Shown piece by piece: positions 13,048 through 25,948 of a DNA stretch of 64,000 nucleotides; position 1 is the first letter of the stretch, and each line of letters starts with the position of its first letter. Origin of the DNA: Octopus vulgaris (taxonomy: Eukaryota); the NCBI GenBank assembly GCA_951406725.2, contig OX597820.1, forward strand, positions 19,778,001-19,842,000. Reading direction: 5' to 3'. The notes beneath the pieces are model-generated. The model had not been told where the DNA came from. It did no database searches and was given only the letters and a program-made list of their open reading frames with translations. The translations under genes were made by a program, and so were the position numbers.

Positions 13048-13604
13048 TTGGGTTGTCCGGAAAGTATCTGCCGATTTTTAAAGGAAAGAAAAAGGTCAAT
13101 ACATTCTTGCCATTACATTTTGAATCAGCCAAATATGAACCATTTTGTTGCACAATGCATCTCCATCTTTCCTTTAACTTGAAAATACCCTCTTCCCAGA
13201 ATTGAGGTGGTTTCATGGCAAAGAATTCATCAAGGTATCTTTTTACGTCATCCAAAGGATTGAAATTTTTATCATTAAGACTATTCTGCAGAGACCTGAA
13301 TAAGTGGAAATCCAAAGGAGCAATATGTAGTGAATATGAAGGGTGGGGTAACACATTCCAGCCGAGCTGCAGCAACTTTTGTCTGGTTCCCAAAGCATCA
13401 AGTGCCGAAAATGAACTTACTTATCTTCCATTTTAAAAAGTTACGGAATTAACACGGGTTATAGGAACATAAACCTTCCACGAAAAGATAGCTTAAACTG
13501 TGTTCTAAATGGAGGTGTAGTAAAATCCTATTTTATGGACTCAACCATGTTCTAAAATAAGTCGAAGCTACTATAAATCGGCATGAACTTTCCGGACAAC
13601 CCAA
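13048..13604 (-). mobile_element. Internally deleted mariner transposon
   Basis: TA|TTGGGTTGTCCGGAAAGT...ACTTTCCGGACAACCCAA|TA. The transposase C-terminus WNVLPHPSYSLHIAPLDFHLFRSLQN...GIFKLKERW is fused to the N-terminal stub MEDK*VHFRHL. Confidence 0.9.
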
Positions 13605-14958
13605 TACATGCAAGTGTCAGTGGTGTACATAATAGGGGAGCAAAAGGAGTAACCGCTCCTCACTTGAGCACATTTTTCAAAATTGGCAATTTTCATAAGA
13701 TGTTAAAACCAGTGAGTTAAAAATTGTTTGGAATGTGTCAGGGCACTTTTTTTTATGTTCCTGCTAACTTTAGAACCTGACAAGCATAGCTTTGTTTTGT
13801 TTTGGTTCTTGCTTTGGCAAAATCAGAGAGAGGGAAATGATTTTGAGACTGACGAGGAAAGGATATTTTTAGACCGGATAATACAAGTAGTGTACCCGAG
13901 TAGCAAATAGAAGTGTTTAAGTGTTAAACCATTCGATCCACAATATGCACATCACAGCAGTGATCGAAGGTATGTCCAATCAGTACTGACTTATAGGGAG
14001 CTAAATAAAGGACACCGTTTTAAAAATTTATCTTTGATCTGTCACTTGTTTCAGTTATTAGACTGTGGCCATGCTGGGGCAACACACTGAAGTCTATTCA
14101 GTCGAACGAATCGAGCTCAGTATTTATTTTTTAAAGCATGGTGCTTATTCTTGTGGTGTTTTTTGTTGAAGCACTAAGTTATGAGGATGTAATCACAACA
14201 ACACCAGTTATCAAGTGATGGTGGGGAACTAACTCAGACACAAAGACACATCCACACCCACCCACACACACACATGACCTGCTTATTTTAGTTTCCACCT
14301 ACCAAATCCATTCACAAGACTGTGTCTATAGTAGAGAACAGTTGCCCAAGGTGTCATGCAGTGGGACTGAAGTTCGGAACCATGTGGGAAGCAAACTCCT
14401 TACCACACAGCTACACCTGCATCAACGCTAGCACATGTACGCACACACATGATTAAATATATAACATAGTATCATACATAAAAACGGTCTGCTAAATCAA
14501 AAGAATTCACAAAGAGAAATCATTACACATGCAAACAAATATACAAAATTACATAAATACATATGTACATACACAAACGATCTAACATTTACACATTTAT
14601 ATTTCTACATGTATCAGAACAAACCTTTTCGGCTTAGTCACAATGTCAAAATTTCCATCACTGAGGAGACCAAATGAAGTTGAAACATCGGTGTTCTGAG
14701 CGAAGCTTTCACTTTTGTAACACGTTAAGTCTCTTTGAGAAGTTATTATGAGACAAGATATTGCAGTTAATGTAATTCCGTGTTTGTAAACATACTACAA
14801 TTATTATACATTGTTATTAATATATGCCCCCTCCCCAGGATTTTTCTACCACCCCGGGGAAGGGACAGTACCGCCCACTTTGGGAACCACTGTTGTAAAT
14901 GATCATCATTCATTTTCATTCTATGTATGTATGTATGTATTTATTTGTGCATGTATGT

Positions 14959-15031
14959 ATGTATGTGGCTTAATGGACAAGGCGTCTGACTTTGAATCAA
15001 AAGATAGTGAGTTCAAGGCTCATCGCGGTCG
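14959..15031 (+). pseudogene. tRNA-Arg(TCG)-derived pseudogene
   Basis: GTGGCTTAATGGACAAGGCGTCTGACTTTGAATCAAAAGAT...GAGTTCAAG...CGCGGTCG matches the tRNA-Arg(TCG) body. The 5' acceptor strand is replaced by (GTAT)n, the anticodon now reads TTG, and a TTTT terminator follows. Confidence 0.75.
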
Positions 15032-15471
15032 GTTGTCTTTTCAAAGCAGTGTCCCAGCATGGTCACAGTTTAATGACTCGAACAACTAAAGGAATATGTA
15101 TGTATATATTTCAATACGGAGCAAATAATTCAGGAAGACATTGACTTATTATCTCATGTAACAATTTAAAAAGGATAACAACAGAATCAATAATATAGGC
15201 GATTGCAGGCTCCCACAAAAAGCATTAAATAGCTGAAGGATTAAAGTTAATCCAAGGACATACTAAGTATGTTTACTTGCTGGAAATAACAGTCAAAACT
15301 TATTTAAATCACCAAAATACACTGATAATAACTACAGAAATCAACCCTCCGAAGGCAAACGGGCTAAGACAATCTCCCAGCATACATTCAAACATTTGGA
15401 TTCACGTGGATTGTTGTCTTAGCTCCTTCGTCTTCGGATAGCGATTTAAATAAGATTTTATATACATATAC

Positions 15472-15510
<39 letters not shown>

Positions 15511-15812
15511 ATCCAAACAAGAAAAAACAACAACGCGAGGACGTGGAACAAGTATAGTATTACTGGACGCTCAGGAAAGAAGGAGGGTTTAATGTTTCGA
15601 GCGGAGCTCTTTGTCAGAAACATAGGAAAAGGAAAGATCTAAAGAAGGGAAGCCGGAGGAAAAAAATCACCAACGGTACACACGCGGTCACATTTTGAAT
15701 ATATATATATATAGTGAATCCAAACAAAGAAGAACAAACAAGAAAAAACAATAACGTGAGGACGTGATACAAGTACTGTATTATCAGACGGTCAGGAAAG
15801 AAAGGAAATAGG

Positions 15813-15847
15813 ATTTAACATTTCGAGCCAAGCTCTTCTTCAGAAAT
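15813..15847 (-). ncRNA. Minimal type I hammerhead ribozyme motif (Penelope-type)
   Basis: ATTT-CTGAAGA-A-GAGC(TTG)GCTC-GAAA-TG-T-T-AAAT: intact core, stems I and II paired, minimal stem III. Confidence 0.65.
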
Positions 15848-16174
15848 AGTGGAAAGTCCAGAGGAAGGGAAGACGGAGAAAGAAAATCGCCAACGATTAT
15901 ATATATATAACGGGAAGCTTTATGAAAATAGACAAAAGGCGAAGGCAGGTGGAATACAAGCAAACAATTGTTATTAATATATGCCCCCTCCCCTGGATTT
16001 TTCTACCACCCTGGGGGAAGGGACAGTACCGCCCACTTTGGGAACCACTGCTGTAAATGCTCTTCTTCAGAAATAGAGGAAAGTCCAGAGGAAGGGAAGA
16101 CGGAGAAAGAAAATCGCCAACGATTATATATATATAACGGGAAGCTTTATGAAAATAGACAAAAGGCGAAGGCA

Positions 16175-17100
16175 GGTGGAATACAAACAAACAATTGTAT
16201 TAGTATGGCGCTCAGGAATATAAATAAAACAAGTCTTTTACGTTTCGAGCCTATGCTCTTCAACAGAAAGATACACAGAAAAGAAACATAGAAAGAAACA
16301 AGGAGAGAAAAAAATGTGTGCAGAGGCTAGCGAATCAACATGGCGATCTGATTTCGGCCAGAAGTCAAAGATCAAACGTGAGACGCAAGAGCGAAATTAG
16401 GGGAGATAATAGGGTTAAATGACCTCGCCTCAACATAAGAGTGTGTGTGTGTATGAGAGAGTATGTAGTGCGTATGAGAGGTCTGGACATGTGTATGTAT
16501 ATATGATGTGATGTGTAAAGTCTCATGGTGTAGTGTAGAGAGAGGAGATGAGGAGGAGAGGGGTAGAGGGGGTGGTAAGGGGGAGAGAGGGGAGGGGGAG
16601 GATGAGGGGGAGAAGGAAAGAGGAGAAGAGGAGGGGGAAGGGGGAAAAGGGAGGAGAGGAGGAGGGAGGATAGAGGGAGAGGGGGAGAGAGAGAAGGGGA
16701 GTGAGGGAGCAGAGAGAAAGAGGGAAGGGGAAGAAGGGAAGAGGAGTAGGGGTGAAAGGATGAAGGACTGAAGAGAAGTAGGGGTCGGGGGAGGTTAGAC
16801 GAGGAGGGGGGAGAGGGGGTTATATGAGGAGGGGGGAGAGGGGGTTAGATGAGGAGGGGGGAGAGTTGAGACCAAATGGCGTAAAAGAGCGAAGGAAGAA
16901 ATCAAGGGTTGAAAGGTATTGGTGTCAGGAAGACCCAAAATGTATCAGGCAAACGCTAAGTGCTATGGACAGACCATGGTTAAGCTCCAGGCTCGATAAT
17001 GATACGAGTGAGGGGGTTCAACGTGGGTCATGTATTAGCATGCACACACGCACAGAAAGTATCTTATATAGACGCGACTGAAGGCAACGCTGATGGCAGT
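16175..17100 (-). mobile_element. Penelope-like element 3' region (GIY-YIG C-terminal remnant, pyrimidine tract, hammerhead-bearing terminal repeat)
   Basis: Minus strand encodes ...LDFFLRSFTPFGLN (16865-16908), like the LIFxLxTxxPxGLN end of Penelope GIY-YIG domains, followed by a CT-rich tract and a hammerhead motif at 16234-16271. Confidence 0.6.
16234..16271 (-). ncRNA. Minimal hammerhead motif with an A6U core variant
   Basis: TCTTT-CTGTTGA-A-GAGC(ATAG)GCTC-GAAA-CG-T-A-AAAGA. Confidence 0.6.
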
Positions 17101-17780
17101 TAGTTTTATTATGAGAACTTGACTTGCTTCCTGGAGCAAAATTCTAAACGGTAAGAAAGAATATAGAAAACTATCTTTTGTTTCGTATTCTTATGAGACA
17201 TTCATCAAATAGCTTGCGCGACTTCAGACAAGGGGGAATTACTCTTGAACGACTCAAGGGAAATTACTGCCGTACAAAGGCTGTGTATATGACATGGGTT
17301 TGACTGACACAAGCTTCGACTTTTCTTTCAGAAAATAGATTACGGCCATGCTGGAGCAACACCTTATAGATTTAGTCAAGCAAATCATCCCACCTACTGT
17401 ACTTATTTACAGGATGTCAGGAAACCATCACCAATTGTCAAGCGGTAGCGGAGCGAACACAAACACAAAGACACATCAATACACACATACATGCATACAT
17501 CCATACACACGTACATACATACACATACATACAGACACGTACATACATTCATCCAGACAAAAATACATACGCACATGCTATCTATACTCTTAATTGTTTC
17601 AGTCATTTGACAGTGGCCATGCTGGAGCACCGCCTTTAGTCGAACAAATTGATCCCAAGACTTATTCTTTGTAAGCCTAGTACTTATTCTATCGGCCTCT
17701 TTTGCCGAATCGCTAAGTTACGGGGACGTAAACACTAGCATCGGTTGTCAAGCGATGTTGGGTGGGGAGGCAGAGACACA

Positions 17781-17830
<50 letters not shown>

Positions 17831-18597
17831 TACATACGACGGACTTCTTTCAGTTTCCGTCTACCAAATCCACTCGCAAGGCTTTGGTCGGCCCGAGGCT
17901 ATAGTAGAAGGCACTTACCCAAGGTGCCATGCTGTGGGACTGAACCCAGAACCATGTGGCTCGTAAGCAAGCTACTTACCATACAGCCACTCATACACAC
18001 ATACATGTTTTTAACAAAATGCATTAAATATGATACATCAATAATGTTTACGTCATTAGAGCTGATTCTAACCCAAAATTAGATGATATATGTATACACA
18101 CACACACGCAATTTCCATGAACCAAATTCATTCATAAGGTATTGGCCAGCTCGGTGCTAAAGTTGAGGATATTTGTCCAAAATGCCACAAAGTTTGTCTG
18201 TCTCTCTGTCTCACACACACATACACGTCGGGCTTCCATATGATTTCGGTAGTGAACGGGAATAGATCGATTTGTTGTACAAGATAATAGATCGAGATAA
18301 AAAAAATATCTCGATGGTACACTTACTCCATCAGGATAACCTACATACAATCGGAATGACCTTTATACAGTCCGAATCTGACTGGATCAGGGATAGAGAA
18401 GAGAAGCGAGGAGAAAAGGGGGGAAAAATGAAAGGAGAGGACGAATAGAAAGAGAAGAAACGAAAAGAAGATAAGGTAAAAGGGGAGAGAGAGAGAGAAG
18501 GGGGCGGGTGATAGAGAAAAGGACAGTATGAGGTGAGAGGCGGAGAAATCAAAAAAGAAATTTATGTCTGGTTATGACGTTGTTGTTTAATATGTTA

Positions 18598-18999
18598 TCT
18601 TTATATATAAAAGAGAGGTTGTGTGCTGTCTGTCTCCTACGATTTAGATTCCTAACTACTCCCACATTTTGCGGTGCAGTTTAACCAAAACCGGGTATCT
18701 TATAGTCGTGATTCATATCGAGCCCTTCTGGGTATTAGCGCGCGTCTACGATGAGTCTACGATTAAAAAAAAAATTACCATCATTTATTTCCTTTTTAAT
18801 GCATTTTTTCGCTATTATATAAGGGAAGTAACTCTCTAAAAATGTCTACGATGAATCAACGATTTAAAAAAAAATTTACCATAATTTTTTTTCCATTTTT
18901 AATGCATTTTTTTTTGCTATTTTTTGGCTATAACTCTCTAAAAATGCTTATATAGTTATTTCCCTTACAAACCCGAGCAACGCCGGGCGATACTGCTAG
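18598..18999 (+). mobile_element. Non-autonomous Helitron
   Basis: A|TCTTTATATATAAAAG ... CCCGAGCAACGCCGGGCGATACTGCTAG|T; inserted between A and T with no TSD. Confidence 0.8.
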
Positions 19000-19340
19000 T
19001 TTTGTTACAAATGAGGATTGCCAGAAGATTCATGATTAGATGGGCACAAACGAAAGCTAACTGGTAAGGAATTTGCTTCTCAGCTACATGGTTCCGGGTT
19101 CAGTCCTTCTGCGCGGCATTTTGGGCAAGTGCCTTCTTTTTACAGTTTCCGTTCGACCTAAGCTTTGCGAGTGAATTTGATAGATGGAAACTGAAAGAAG
19201 CCCGTTGCGGCTTAGTGGTTAGAGCATTCGGCTCGCGATCGTAATGTCGTGAGTTCAATTCCTGGTGGTGTGTTATGTCCTTTAACAATACTCTTTATTT
19301 CACGTTGTGTATGTGTGTGTGTGTATATATATATATATAT

Positions 19341-19757
19341 AAACTATCACTTCCTTTTTCCGAGCCGAGATTCGAAACCGAATCTAAGGATTCTCGCTCG
19401 TCTGATCCACTACTGACCAAACCGACGCAAAAGAAATTTCTTTGTCCTGTCAAAAAAATGATCGATGATTTTCCTTCGACCTCAGCCGTTCAAGTGGGCA
19501 AGAGGCGACCTAAATACGTAAGAATTTCTCCTGTAATATGTCTGTCCTTCTAGCTGTCACAACCATTATAAATACTGCAATCCATCAAAGGATGGCAGAG
19601 AGAAATAGCCAGAGGTGAGACAGCCAGCAAGTAACTTCGCCAGATAAGCAGGCAACACAGAACCAGATATTCAGCATGAATGACCCAACACAGTAACAGA
19701 CGAGCGAGACTCCTTAGATTCGGAAAATCTCAGCTCGGAAAAAGGAAGTGTTAGTTT
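19341..19757. mobile_element. MITE with ~50-70 bp terminal inverted repeats
   Basis: AAACTATCACTTCCTTTTTCCGAGCCGAGATT...AATCTAAGGA is mirrored by TCCTTAGATT...CTCGGAAAAAGGAAGTGTTAGTTT; sits next to a TA tract. Confidence 0.7.
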
Positions 19758-19926
19758 TTACATATACATATAAGCACGTGTTATAGAATAAAAGTATAAG
19801 CAGTAAAGATCGATAAAATATTAGTTGATAAATGTTCATAATGGCATCAAGTATAACTAGTCGTCGTGGAAAGCAAAGCAAGGGTAGAAAGCAAAGCTGG
19901 ACAAGGAGGAAGAAAGTATGCAGATT

Positions 19927-20030
19927 ATTTCTTACAGCTGTTTCAAGAATAGTTGCTCAGATGACGTACTTCCCTGAAAGCAATCGCCCGCCAACATTAT
20001 AGTTGCGATCTATTCTATCATCAGAGGAAT
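19927..20030 (-). ncRNA. Hammerhead motif with an enlarged stem II
   Basis: ATTCCT-CTGATGA-T-AGAATAG(~55 nt)CTATTCT-T-GAAA-CAGCTG-T-A-AGAAAT; palindromic stem III ACAGCTGT, GUA site. Confidence 0.55.
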
Positions 20031-23000
20031 ATACGTGTAAATGTGTGTGTGTGTCTTAGTGGTAAATGTGTCGCACACATGATCGTAAAATTGTGTTTCG
20101 ATTCCTGGACCGTGCGATGCATTGTGTTCCAGAGAAATAACACTTCGTTTTCTGTTATTTTTATCTTTTACTTGTTTTAGTCACTGAACTTTTAGATGGT
20201 TGTTTGAATCAGGGTTGTGGAGTCACCTAAAGGTTGACTCCTTCAGAAGGCTGTAATATCATTTGATAGGAACACGGTACAAAGAAATACATAGAACGAG
20301 GTTGTAACCTTAAATACCTTTAATGTCGATGACGAGGCCATGATCTTCTCCTGTGCGTTACCTCCTGTCTGCTAGTCACCACGTGTCGTAAGAGAGCCAA
20401 CTAGACCATGTCCTTGCTCTACGACGTGTCAAAAGAGCTAGAGATGAGTGTCTGAACCTTAATGTTGCATGTGCCCGCTATTGGCGAGCTAATTAGGCAG
20501 CCGCCATCAGGGAGGTAACTGCAGCCATGCTAGGCCACCATCTGGAAGGTCTTCAGTTGATCAAATCGACACCAGTATATTTTTTAAAGTCCGAATCGCT
20601 CAGTAAACAAACGAATACTCGTTGACAGGAAGTGGCATGGAAAACACACACACAAATATTTGTACCATGGAGTTCCACATGATTTCTGTCTTCTAAATTC
20701 ACTCACCATTAATTGTCCTGAGGCACTTGTCGAAAGTGCCATGCAGTGGGGTTGAACCCAAAGCCACATGATTGCAAAGCGAGCTTCTTAACCACACAAC
20801 CAAACTTGTGCCGCTATGAGTAACTTCTATCTTTCACTTGTTTCAGACATTAGGCTGCGGCCATACTGGGGCGCCGCTTTGAAGAATTCTTCAGTACATT
20901 TAAAAGCCTGGTACTTATTCTACTGGTATCTTTTGCCGAACCACTAAGTTACGGTGGAGTAAATACACCAACACTTTATTATCAAAGGAATTTCCCTCAC
21001 AGAACGAACAACGAAAGAAAGTTATTGATATAGCATCAAATATTCTTTTTTACTCTAGGTACAAAGCCCAAAATGTTTTGGGAGGGGGCCAGTCGATTAG
21101 ATCAACCCTAGTACGCAACTGGTACTTAACTTTTCGGCCTCGAAAGGATGAAAGGCAAAGTTGACCTCGTCAGAATTTGAACTCAGAACGTAAAGACAGA
21201 CAAAATATTTATTTCTTTACTACCTACAAGGGGCTAAACACAGAGAGGACAAACAAGGACAGACAAACGGATTAAGTCGGTTACATCGACCTAAATGCAA
21301 CTGGTACTTAATTTATCGACCCCGAAAGGATAAAAAGGTAAAGTCGACCTCGGAGGAATTTGAACTTACAACGTAACGGCAGACGAAATACGGCTACGCA
21401 TTTCGCCCGGCGTGCTAACGTTTCTGCCAGCTTGCCGCCTTAAATAGCATCAAATATTACAAAATAAAAAATGAAAGACATTAATTTTATTGTCATATTC
21501 AATTGCCTGTGATGAACCATGCGATTTAAATAATACTGAATAAGTCGCTTTATTATGTAGATATATTACGGCAGTGAGCTGGTAGAATCATTAGCACGCC
21601 GGACAAAATGCTTTGACACGTCATCAAATCTTAACGTTCTGAGTTCAAATTCCACGAAGGTCAACTTTGTCTTTCACCCTTTCGGGGTCGATAAAAATAA
21701 GCTCCAGTTGAAGACTGGGGTCGATGTGATCGATAATCCCACCTCCCCACAAATTGCAAGTCTCGTGATAACAGCAGGGAGGATTATTATGTAAATATAG
21801 GACGTCGGACAAAATGTTTAACGGCATTTCCTCTACCTTTATGATTTGAGTTCAAATTCCACTGAGGTCAACTTTGCTTTTCATCTATTTCGTGGTTGAT
21901 AAAATAAGTACCAGGCTTTGAGCGTATAGTTGAAAGAACTATTATGTAGAGGCGGCGAAATGCTCAGCGGTATTTCGTCTGCCGCTACGTTCTGAGTTCA
22001 AATTTCGCCGAGGTCGACTTTGCCTTTCATCCTTTCGGGGTCGATGAATTAAGTACCAGTTACGCACTGGGGTCGATATAATCGACTTAATCCGTTTGTC
22101 TGTCCTTGTTTGTCCTATCTGTGTTTAGCCCCTTATGGGTAGTAAAGAAATAGGTATTAACCATGTTGAAGGCAGCGAGCTGGCAGAAATGTTATTGTGT
22201 CATAACTGATCAGTCATAGATAACCTTTATCGTGATGTGGACCACACGAGACATGATTCATCGTCGGGCGAGTTGCACTACCATAAAATTTTTTTTTTTT
22301 TAATCCAAGTAAATTTCCCACTGGCGTGTCATTCAAAAGGTCTCGCTGTCAATAGTTCGCCCATGAATACAGAGTCCGCAAAAAAAAAAAAAAAAAAAAA
22401 AAAAAGTAGCTGTGTGGTAAGTAAACCACTAGGTTCCAGGTTCAGTCCCACTGCATGGCACCTTGGGCAAGTGTCTTCTACTATAGCCTCGGGCCGACCA
22501 AAACCCTGTGAGTGGATTTGGTAGATGGAAACTGAAAGAAGCCCGTCGTATATATGTATATATATGTGTGTGTATGTATACGTTTGTGTGTCTGTGTTTG
22601 TCCCCCTAACATCGCTTGACAACCGATGCTGGTGGTATTTGCGCCCACGTAACTTAGCGGTTCGGCAAAAGTGACTGATAGAATAAGTACTAGGCTTACA
22701 AAGAATAAGTCCTGGGGTCGATTTGCTCGACTAAAGGCGGTACTCCAGCATGGCGGCAGTAAAATGACTGAAACAAGTAAAAGAGTAATATATACACACT
22801 TGAGGAAAAAAATTGTATAAACATTTTAATTCAGTGTTATTTAATTCAGTGTTATCATAATTTGATAAAACATTGAAAGAGTTACAAATAAAGTATTTAT
22901 ACAGATAAGTGTGTAAACATTTTTTTTCTGTCGGACTCTGTATATTCTTTACAGCAGTAGTTCTAAACCGGGGTCCACATAAGATTTTTTGGGGGGGGGG

Positions 23001-23270
23001 GTGGGCTATGTAATAAAATAGTAAACTGAGGATCCGCAATAGTATTTTAAGGGACCCTGAAAAATTTTGCTGTTTTGGTATGTATTGCAAGAAACAGCTA
23101 GGTTTCTTTCTCTAACATTTTAACGTAATTCAGCCTACACTAAGCGTGAAAAACAAAATAGGAAGTTGGAAAGAAGTTCCCATTAAACTAGTTTTTAAAC
23201 ATAGGGGCCCACCAGAATAAAATAATAATCAAAGGGTGTCCATAGTTAAAAAAATGGTTGAGAAACTGGC

Positions 23271-23363
23271 AAGACTTCCACTAGTCCCAGCCCCCCAAAC
23301 TACTGTTAAAAAAATTTTTTTTTCGATACAGCTCCCACTTTTCGGCTACATGGAAACGAATCT

Positions 23364-23396
<33 letters not shown>

Positions 23397-23824
23397 CAAA
23401 AATCGACATTTCTAAATTACTACCCCCACTCCCATTTCCTTCATTTTCAACTTCTTTCAGAATTTTTTCCCCAAAAAAAATTTGCGGAAAAATACGGAGA
23501 TTATGATTCTGAAAAAAATTTCCAAAATTCTTTGTAAAATTTTTTTTTAAAGAATTTATTTTTTTCTAAATATGCGGAAAAATACGGACATCATGATTCG
23601 GACAAAAATTTCAAAACGTTTCTGTAGTTACGGTTTTAGGGTTAGGGTTTTAAAGTTAGTGGGGGGGGGAGGCAAAATGGAAGAAGTTGGGCATTTCACA
23701 ATGCCGATTTTTTGGCAATTTTCCGGAACCTCCGTATCCGAAAACGAGGATCTTTGGCAACAAAAATTACAAAAACACTAATTTGGGAGAAAAATGGGGG
23801 GGGGGGGGGCGGGGCGGAAGTCTT
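23271..23824. mobile_element. MITE family with AAGACTTCC...GGAAGTCTT termini; second copy at 26356-26904
   Basis: Two ~550-bp homologous copies with matching inverted termini and an internal duplicated GCGGAAAAATACGGA block. Confidence 0.7.
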
Positions 23825-24482
23825 TCTGAGAAATTCTGTACTACAGGAAAAGGTGGAGATGATCAAGAAAATATACGACAGAGGAAGCTTCACTGCTGAG
23901 GGCCACTACTTTGGTGTCGAGGAATCTAACATTTGCTCCATCTATAAAGTACGTGGAGATGAATAATTTATTACCGATTCACGTATCCCTGTTTTGGTTT
24001 TGGAACCACAACCCCGTGGTAAATGAAGATAGGTGTAATAAATAAAACAAGTGTTAAAAACTATTAGTTAGTAATGATAACGGAGGCGCAATGGCCCAGT
24101 GGTTAGGGCAGCGGACTCGCGGTCGGAGGATCGAAGTTTCGATTCCCAGACCGGGCGTTGTGTGTGTTTATTGAGTGAAAACACCTAAAGCTCTACGAAG
24201 CTCCGGCAGGGAGTGGGGTGGCGACCCCTGTTGTACTCTTTCGCCACGACTTTCTCTCACTCTGTCTTCCTGTTTCTTGAGTAACACTGCGACGGACTGG
24301 CGTCCCGTCCTGCTGGGTGGAACACATACGCCATAGAAACCGGGCCCATGAGCCTGGCTAAGCTTGAAAAAGGGCGAAAAGTATAAGTAAAGTAATGATA
24401 ATAGCTATCGTGAACAAGATGATTCCCATTTGTTGGAAAAAGTTGTAACTGATTGTGAACGCGCTTATGCAAAAAATCTTCA

Positions 24483-25948
24483 AAGAAAAGGAAATATATC
24501 CGTTCAGTTCAGAGTTTTAACATCTACAAGTAATTTAACAGCATTTGAAAATAAGACACTGAAAACGATCAGCTAAATAATATCTACCCATCTCAGAAAT
24601 GTAAAGGGAAGCAGAAACTAGGAATTTAGTAGAAGGTTTTGGGACTTTGTGAAAAAAAAAAGTACAAGATCAATAGTTCTCAACCGGCATCAATATGACC
24701 ACTAAGGATCCATAGAAAATTTTGGGGCAACCACTCAACGAAACAGTAAATTAGTGATCCTCTCAACGAAATAGTAAATTGGGGATCCACTCAACGAAAT
24801 AATAGGGGATCCATTCAACGAAATAGTAAATTGGGGATCCACTCAACGGAATAATAAATTAGTGATCCTCTCAACGAAATAATAAATTGGGGATCCACAC
24901 AACAAAATAGTAAATAAGGGATCCACTCAAAGAATTAGTAAATAGGGGATCCACTCAACGAAATAGTAAATTGGGGATTCACAATGTTTTAAGGGCCCTT
25001 GAAAAACACGTTACTTTAGATGTATAGGTATGTAAGAAAACAGCCAGGTTTCTTGAACATTTTACATACACTGGCCAAAACAATTTGAAGACCAATGATG
25101 ACAATGATGTGTGAAAGAGAGAGAGAGAGAGAGAGACAGAGAGAGTGAAGGGGTGTGTTGTCATTTATACGTACATACATCAATACATATGCGTACATCT
25201 TTTTTGTATGTACGTGTGCATATGTGTATGTGTGACAGAAAGTGTATATGTGAATGAGTGAGTGAACGTGTGTGTTCTCATGTATGTGTAAGTGGAACAC
25301 ATACACACTCTCTCACACATACACACACGTTCATTTCCATTACATGTTCATATATCTTTCACTGTGTCTTCTCTTTCACTTTAAACAAAAGTAACAGGTG
25401 ATTTTCTGGATAGAAATTGTTAAGAAAATGTTCAAGAAACCTGGCTGTTTGTTATATACCTATACATTTAAAGCAACATGTTTTTCAAGGGCCCTTAAAA
25501 CATTGTGAATCCCCAATTTACTATTTCGTTGAGTGGATCCCCTATTTACTAATTCTTTGAGTGGATCCCCAATTTACTATTTTGTTGTGTGGATCCCCAA
25601 TTTATTATTTCGTTGAGTGGATCCCCAATTTACTATTTCGTTGAGAGGATCACTAATTTACTATCTCGTTGAGAGGATCACTAATTTACTATCTCGTTGA
25701 GTGGTTCCCCTAAAATTTTCTATGGATCTTTAGTGGTCATATTGATGCCGGTTGAGAACTATTGATCTTGTAGATTTTTCTTTTCAAAAAGTCCCAAAAT
25801 CTTTTACTAAATTCGTAGTTTCTGCTTCCCTGTACATTTCTGAGATGGGTAAAAATTATTTAGCTGATCGTTTTCAGTGTCTTATTTTCAAATGCCATTA
25901 AATTACTCGTAGATGTCCCTTAACTGAATGGATATATTTCCTTTTCTT
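24483..25948. repeat. Large inverted duplication (arms 24483-25063 and 25425-25948) containing a 28-bp minisatellite
   Basis: The arms are reverse complements along their whole length; the unit GGGGATCCACTCAACGAAATAGTAAATT is tandemly repeated in both. Confidence 0.9.

Noticed and set aside
16508-16865. Gly/Glu/Arg-rich ORF
   Set aside because: Polypurine tract within the Penelope-like remnant.
24082-24160. tRNA-like sequence (also at 35523, 19205, 60325)
   Set aside because: SINE heads: A/B boxes are present but there is no closed acceptor stem, and they continue into SINE bodies.
24730-24980. 28-bp repeats resembling a CRISPR array (also considered for the 33- and 67-bp arrays)
   Set aside because: The units are contiguous with no unique spacers; eukaryotic context; no cas genes.
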